DNA of 64,000 nucleotides from the human T2T-CHM13v2.0 reference genome, Homo sapiens: assembly GCF_009914755.1 (NCBI RefSeq), contig NC_060926.1; one strand, 5' to 3'. Position 1 is the stretch's first letter, and every line of letters begins with the position of its first letter. This document shows positions 56,982 to 64,000 of this stretch, piece after piece. Under the pieces are notes generated by a model. That model had not been told where the DNA came from, did not search any database, and worked only from the letters and a program-made list of their open reading frames with translations. Position numbers and translations under genes: made by a program.

Positions 56982-58378
56982 TTATATGGAACTGCAAAAT
57001 ACCCCAGATAGGCAAAGCTGTCCTGAGCAAAAAGAACAAAGCAAGAGTCAGCACACTTCAAATATGAAACTACAGTAACCAAATTAGCATGGAAATGACA
57101 TAAAAGTGGACACATAGACCAATGGAATGAAGTAGAGAACCCAAATATAAATCTGTACATTTACAGCCAACTCATTTTAAACAAAGGCACCAAAAACTTA
57201 CATTAGGAAAGAGCAGTTTCTTCCATAATTGGTGCTGGGAAGACTGTATAACTATGTGCAGAAGGATGAAATTAGATCTGTATCTCTCACCATTTACAAA
57301 AGTCAAATTGAAATAGATTGAAGATTCTAATCCAAGACCGAAGCTATGAAACTACTAGAAGGACATATTGAAAGAACATCCCAGGACATTGGGTCTGGGC
57401 AAAGAATATCTGTGTAAGATCTGAAAAGGACAGACAACAAAACCAAAAATGGAAAAATAGAATTACACCAAGCAAAAAGCTTCTGCACAGCAAAGGGAAC
57501 AATCAACAGAGTGAAGAAACAACCCACAGAATTAAAAAAAAAAATGTGCAAACTATCCATCTGACAAAGGATTATAACAATATATAAGGTTCTCAAACAA
57601 CTAAATAACAAAAAACCCAAATAACTCATTAAAAAAATGACAAAAGATCTGAATAGACATTTCTCAAAAGAAGACCATGCAAATGGCAAATAGGTATATG
57701 AAAAATGCTCAACATCAATAATCATTAGAGAAATGCAAATCAAAACCACAATGAGCTACCATATCAACCCAGTTACAATGACTATCATCAAAAAGATGAA
57801 AAATAGCAAATGCTGATGAGGATGTGGAGAAAGGGGAACTCTTTTATATACTTTAGGTGGGAATGTAAATTAGTACAACCATTATGGGAAACAGTATGAA
57901 GATTCCTCAGAAAACTAAACATAGAATTACCACATTTTTCAGCAATTCCTCTATTAGGTATAAATCCAAAAGGAAGGAAGTCAATATTATCAAAGAGATA
58001 TCTGCACTCCCATGTTTATTGGAGCACTATTCACAATAGCCAAAACATGGAATCAACGTAAGTGCCCATCCATGCATAAATGGATGAAGACAATGTGGTA
58101 TATATACACAATGAAGTGCTATTCTGCCATAAAGAAAAATAATGAAATTCTGTCATTAACAGCAAAATGGATGGAACTGGAGGTCATTATGTTAACTGAA
58201 GTAAGCTAAGCACAGGACAAATATCACTTCATCACTCATATGTGGGAGCTAAAAAGGTAGATCTCATGAACATAGAGAGTAGATTGGTTGAAAGTAGATT
58301 GGTTCCCAGAGGCCAGGAAGGGTAGGGAGGAGTGTGGAATAAAAAAAAGTTGATTAATGTGTACAAATATACACTTAG

Positions 58379-58640
58379 AGCACTTTGGGAGGCTGAGGCA
58401 GGAGGATCACCTGAGGTCAGGAGTTTGAGACCAGTCTGGCCAACATGGAGAAACTCCATCTCTACTAAAAATACAAAATTAGCCAGGTGTGATGGCGCAT
58501 TCATGTAATTCCAGCTACTCGGGAGACAGGCAGGAGAATCACTTGAACCCAGGAGGTGGAGGATGCGGTGAGCCAAGATCGCGCCATTGCACTCCAGCCT
58601 GGGCGATAAGAGCAAAACTCTGTCTCAAACAAACAAAAAA
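58379..58640 (+). mobile_element. 5'-truncated AluS (Sq/Sp-like)
   Basis: Begins agcactttgggagg; TSD acaaatatacactta / acaaatacacactta. Confidence 0.93.
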
Positions 58641-60049
58641 CAAATACACACTTACACAGAATAAAAAAGACCTGGTGTTCAATAATACCAGTCGGGTGAC
58701 TATGTTAACATTAATCTATTGTACATTTCAAAACAGCTAGAAGAGAAAAATTTGAATATTCCTAGCATAAAGAAAAATATTTAGTTACGGGCGCTCAATT
58801 ACCCTAATTTAATTATATAAATGTAACAAACTATATGTACCCCCAACGAATGTACATCTATTATTATATGTCAACAAAAATAAATAAAAATTTTAAAGTC
58901 TCAATGTAAAAAAATTCAGTCTGAGTGATAATGTCCAAAATCTAACATGAGAGGATAATGTAACAAACTGATAGGTTTTTGGGTTTTTCTTAGCTTACTG
59001 TGCTGTGCAATGGCAACTTGATGCAGTTGTCACTTGTTATAATCTACTGAGTGAATAGATTCCCCTGTACGGGATAATGTTTCAAACTGTGTTGCTAATC
59101 TATCCAGTGTATGACTTTCAAAATGACATATGGCATTTTGCCATTTTAAAGCTATTTAAGTAACAACAATTCTTTCCATTAGTATATGAACAAAAATTTC
59201 AATTATTTAAATTATAGGTGCACACAGTTAAATTGCCTCTTTCTCGCTTTTGTTTTAATAAATGTACAATATGTACTTTATATAATACAAAATATTATGT
59301 TGTTATTTCAAAACCATTGATTTTAATGGATAAGTGATTGATTTTACAAAGTGCCTATGTACTTATAAACACAGATTTAAAGTAATGATATATGAGGAGC
59401 AATCTAATTTTCTCCCTGAAGAAAAATAACATTATTTAAGTGCAAATATATAAATAATTTAGTAGAAACAAACAAAAGGCAAGTAGAAAACACATGATAA
59501 GATCAGACATAGTGAATATAGCTATGTGATGTTTGAAATAGGATTGTTAGAGAGGGAGACAGAAATCTTTAAGTCTTATTAGCTTACACACTTTCCACTA
59601 ATGTAGATGAAATCTATATGAAATTCACATGATAAACCGTTTTTATCCTCATTTATGCACTTTTTGAAACGTTTAAATATAATTCAACCAAAACGTTATG
59701 ATATATTGCATAATTTCTATGTAGTATACTGTTATAATATCTCAAGATTCATTAGGAAATGGAACTTATAACTCATATGTTTCATAACTTCTCCTCTAGT
59801 AACAGAACAGATTACATATACAATATCTGTTATTACTTCAATTGTATAAAATCCAATATTCATATTAGTACTTCTAATGAGTTAGTTTTGTAAAAATAAT
59901 ATAAGGATTAAATACTATATATTACTTTAGTATTATACATATTATTAATATATATAAACATATTACTTCTTGAGTGTATTTCCTACAGATTAATTGTTGT
60001 TTATTGTGATTGCTCTGTGCTTTTCATATTCATGAATCTTAGAAATTAG

Positions 60050-60404
<355 letters not shown>

Positions 60405-62299
60405 AAATAACATATTATTTTCTTTATAAAAATGGTGATACCTTAGAGGCATCAACTACATATTCTATAAGAAATTGACATTAAATAATTGACTAAGGAA
60501 ACATAAGAAATTTATAGGAATAATTACCAGTTACAAATTAATAACATAAAAAGCTCACCAAACACCAACTTTACATATTCATTTGTCCATCTACATATAG
60601 GATAAAGGCATTTATGTCCTGTAAACATAAAGCAACATTATGAAATAATGCATTATTTAGGGCATACTTTGTAAAAAGAACGACTGGTCTCAGGAAAAAG
60701 AAGTTTTAACATTTGAAGTTGCCTAAACAGTGTTATTACATGTTCTTTTTCTTTTCATATTTACCTGGCAATTGCTTTAAAATATTTTGATATGTTCACT
60801 TTATTAACATATTTCAACTGGAAGAGTTTTTAATTATTAAAATTTATTTCCCTGACTATATTTTTTCTTATTTCACACTGTTCTTTTAAATCTTACAAAA
60901 TACTCCAAATATCTTTTTAAAAAATATATAAATATCAGAATCTACATTTAGAGTCTCTTTTTTCTTTGTAAGCATACATATATATTCACACAAACACATA
61001 AAATTAAATACATATGACAAAATTAAAGACATTCTTTCAGTGTATACTCTTTGCATTTGACAACAAATTATTTTTTTGTGTCTGACTAAAGTTTATATTG
61101 AAGAAAAATGAGAATTTGAAAGAAGGCACCAAGACAAATTGAATGTGTATTTAATGTTCTTTTGTATTTTATATTTAAATTTAATGTAATTAAAAAATTA
61201 AACCAATCACATTTAACATCATTTTTGGATAAAGCATTTTTGGTGAATGGAACTCTAGGGAGCGACATTCACCTTAAATGTACTTCTAAGTTTGACACCA
61301 AGCACACTATTTTGTCCTTCCCAAACAGATTCATGCATTTATAACTTCATTTATCATTGTTTTCATTGACTCTTATTAAAGTGTATTTTGCTAAGCCTTC
61401 ATATTTTGAAGTTTCATTCTACCAAGTGAAATTGAATTGCAAATATGAAATTTTGTTGTGTATGTTATTTTTAAGAAAAATTATCCCTTAAACTGACCTT
61501 CTACTTGAGTTCATTTTGTTCAATCTAATTAGTCTCAATGAGATTTTGCCATTTATTATAAGCTAGAATGAGTCTTTTCCAGAGGGTGATATTATATAGT
61601 TTATGACAATGGAACTAACTATGGAACTAATTAACCATACCCACTGTCCTTTCTTAGAATTCCTATGATAGAGTGCTTATCTGTTTTTGCAGTACCACTT
61701 TATCTCACTATCTAAAAACTAAGTTGTCTCTTAGTTGTCCAGCTATCTTTCACAGCATCTCTGCAAAGATTATTCATCAAATACTTTAAAATAGAAGTTT
61801 CTATTTTAATTTGATTAGGTTTTTCCTGAATGACTAAGGATGATTTCAATATCCATGAATGTAAAACTGGTTGTAATGCCCCTTGATTCTGTCTATCTTG
61901 GAAGACAAAATGTCCAGCCTGTGACTTGTATAGAATAACTTTTCTGTTGTTATACTCTGAGGTTACCAAGTCACCTGAATATGAGTTTTTTAGTCACTGG
62001 ATGAAAATTAACATGAGAACCACCAGAACTTTTGAAACACAACTACAAGTGAATTTTATAATGTTTTAGGTTTAAATATCATTAACTCAAGGACAATTTT
62101 AAGAAATTTTTCCATGTATGCAGCTGAGTCATGTAAACAAGTAGAGCTTACGAACACGAAAAATTCTCCTCCTACTGTTCACACTTTATAGGCAACATTA
62201 ATTTTATAGGTCATTTCTCCTGCCCAGGATGCCAGACATAGAAAGGAAATTGACTGAAAATCTCACCAAAACTGAATATAATAAAATAGTCAATAAACT

Positions 62300-62835
62300 A
62301 TCAAGAAAATAGCACCTTCAGCAAAAATACATCAGGAACACACCTTGAAGTTAACAAGTATTACCTGTTGCAGCGAGGGACAATATATAACATGGGGAAG
62401 ATGCGTTTCTCAGTAAAAGTTATTAGAGTAAAACTTCCATAGTATTTGCACTTTGGTTAGGTAATTTATGAGAGTGCCTAAGGAAGCAGGGATTTGCTCT
62501 AAATTCAATGCTGGCATTAATTAGGGGCAATTCTATCATTCAGTATCTCAATGAATCTTACCTATAAGGAAGAAAGCCTGGAATGAAGATTAAACTGTAT
62601 TTGTTGCAGAATTCACAATCACTCATTTTAGCCAAGAGAGGAGACTTTTTGAAATAGCTTTGTTTTTTTCTCTATTTATAAAAGTTTCAGAATATCCTTA
62701 TCCAATCTTAGTATTCTGCAAGATGGTTTATGTCCAACTGGGGAACAAAATGGTCAGCTTGTAATGAGTAATACTGACATTTAGGTGGAAGCATCAGATC
62801 AGTTTCAGATAACAGAGGCTACTGTTATCTTTCTT
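62300..62835. mobile_element. Ancient ERV LTR-like segment (family uncertain)
   Basis: ttaggtaattt...taaggaagcagggatttgctct...caattctatcattcagtatctcaat...tcactcattttagccaagagagg resembles an ERVL-type LTR from memory. Confidence 0.5.
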
Positions 62836-63584
62836 ATTAAGAGTAAGTCTTCAATTTCTTAAGACTATGCTGTGAGAACAACTAAGAAGGGTCGTGTCAC
62901 CTGCCTCCACAAGTTGTCACTGTGGTTGCTGTCAGCCAGACTCAAGTCACAGCAACAGGCGATGTTATCACTTGGATTTCCATCACTTTATTTATTGCAG
63001 TGGGTTATTGTTTGTTTTCTCTTCATTGGCAATTATTTTTCCTTTAGAAGAGTAATTTTGCACCTTCCCACTTTACATGGAATACACTTTGAATGTTAAA
63101 TACTTAGAAAATATAAGGAATGAGTAATAAAAACCACTTCTAATTCCACCATGTAGATTTGTTAATATTTTGACTTGCATGTTCCCAGTGCCCATGCATA
63201 CATACACACACACCCCTCCATGCATTTATATACCTCTATAGGTAAAAAATTTGACCAAATAAATGCTCTTATATACCTCAAAAAGGTCTAACAACTGAAA
63301 TTGTGAAATATTTGACTAGTGACTAAAAAATTAGTGGTGCCCCAACTGCAGAAATTTTAAGCTTGGTTTGAAAAGGGATGCTGTAGAAAAATAATTCCTG
63401 CTCATGATGGGCTTGTAGACTGGTTTCATTCTTCCATGTATGTGAGAGTATGACTGTATACAAATTTTCATCAATGTATAACCTATAAAGGTGAAAGCAC
63501 GTTAACCAAGTAAACACACCCATATAATTACCATTTAAATAAAGACATAATGCAGTATGAGCCCCAGGAGTACTCTTTTCTTAA

Positions 63585-63765
63585 ATTTTTAAATTTTAAA
63601 TTTTACATTTTTGTGGGTACACAGTAGGTGTATATATTAATGGGGTACATGAGATACTTTGATACAGGCATGCAATGCATAATAATCACATCATGGTAAA
63701 TGGAGTATCCATCCTCTCAAGCATTTATTATTTTTGTTAGAAATAATCCAATTATGCTCTGATTT
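63585..63765 (-). mobile_element. L1MA 3' end
   Basis: tttttgtgggtacacagtaggtgtatatattaatggggtacatgagat...gatacaggcatgcaatgcataataatcacatcatgg. Confidence 0.9.
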
Positions 63766-63796
63766 TTGGTTCTTATGATGATGCTTTTTTGTATGT

Positions 63797-64000
63797 TGTA
63801 TTAGTCCATTTTCACACTGCTGATGAAGACATACCCAAGACTGGGTAATTTACGAAAGAAAGAGGTTTAATCGGACTTACAGTTCCACATGGCTGGGGAG
63901 GCCTCACAATCATGGCGGAAGGCAAGTAAGTCACATTATACATGGATGGTGGCAGGCAAATAAAAGAGAGCTTGTGTAGAGAAACTCCCATTCTTAATAC
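63797..64000 (-). mobile_element. THE1 (MaLR) LTR, cut by the window edge
   Basis: tgtattagtccattttcacactgctgatgaagacatacccaagactggg...cagttccacatggctggggaggcctcacaatcatggcggaaggc. Confidence 0.93.

Noticed and set aside
61712-61969. 85-aa ORF on - in unique sequence
   Set aside because: Non-ATG start, no recognised homology and no convincing splice boundaries.

Overview
This is AT-rich primate non-coding DNA, almost certainly human, because it carries an AluYb8-type element with the 7-nt GCAGTCC duplication. I found no host protein-coding exon, RNA gene or CRISPR array. Every recognisable ORF in the track comes from LINE-1 ORF2 or Alu sequence, and the rest look like chance ORFs. Much of the window is interspersed repeat: young and old L1s, about 11 Alu/FLAM copies, L2 and MIR fragments, a decayed ERVL gag-pro-pol fragment, MaLR LTRs and MER DNA transposons. 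All repeat calls are by eye from remembered consensus sequences, so subfamily names and old-repeat boundaries are approximate. The most interesting signals are structural. First, four local inverted-copy scars cluster between 24.8 and 35.6 kb, the clearest being a 74-bp unique segment pasted in reverse into an L1 1.7 kb away. Second, two different young L1 copies 8.1 kb apart share a 209-bp identical tract with a non-consensus base, a possible gene conversion. Third, there is a young twin-primed, 5'-inverted L1 with a perfect 16-bp TSD, and an AluYb8 that may be polymorphic. I did not find a new gene system.
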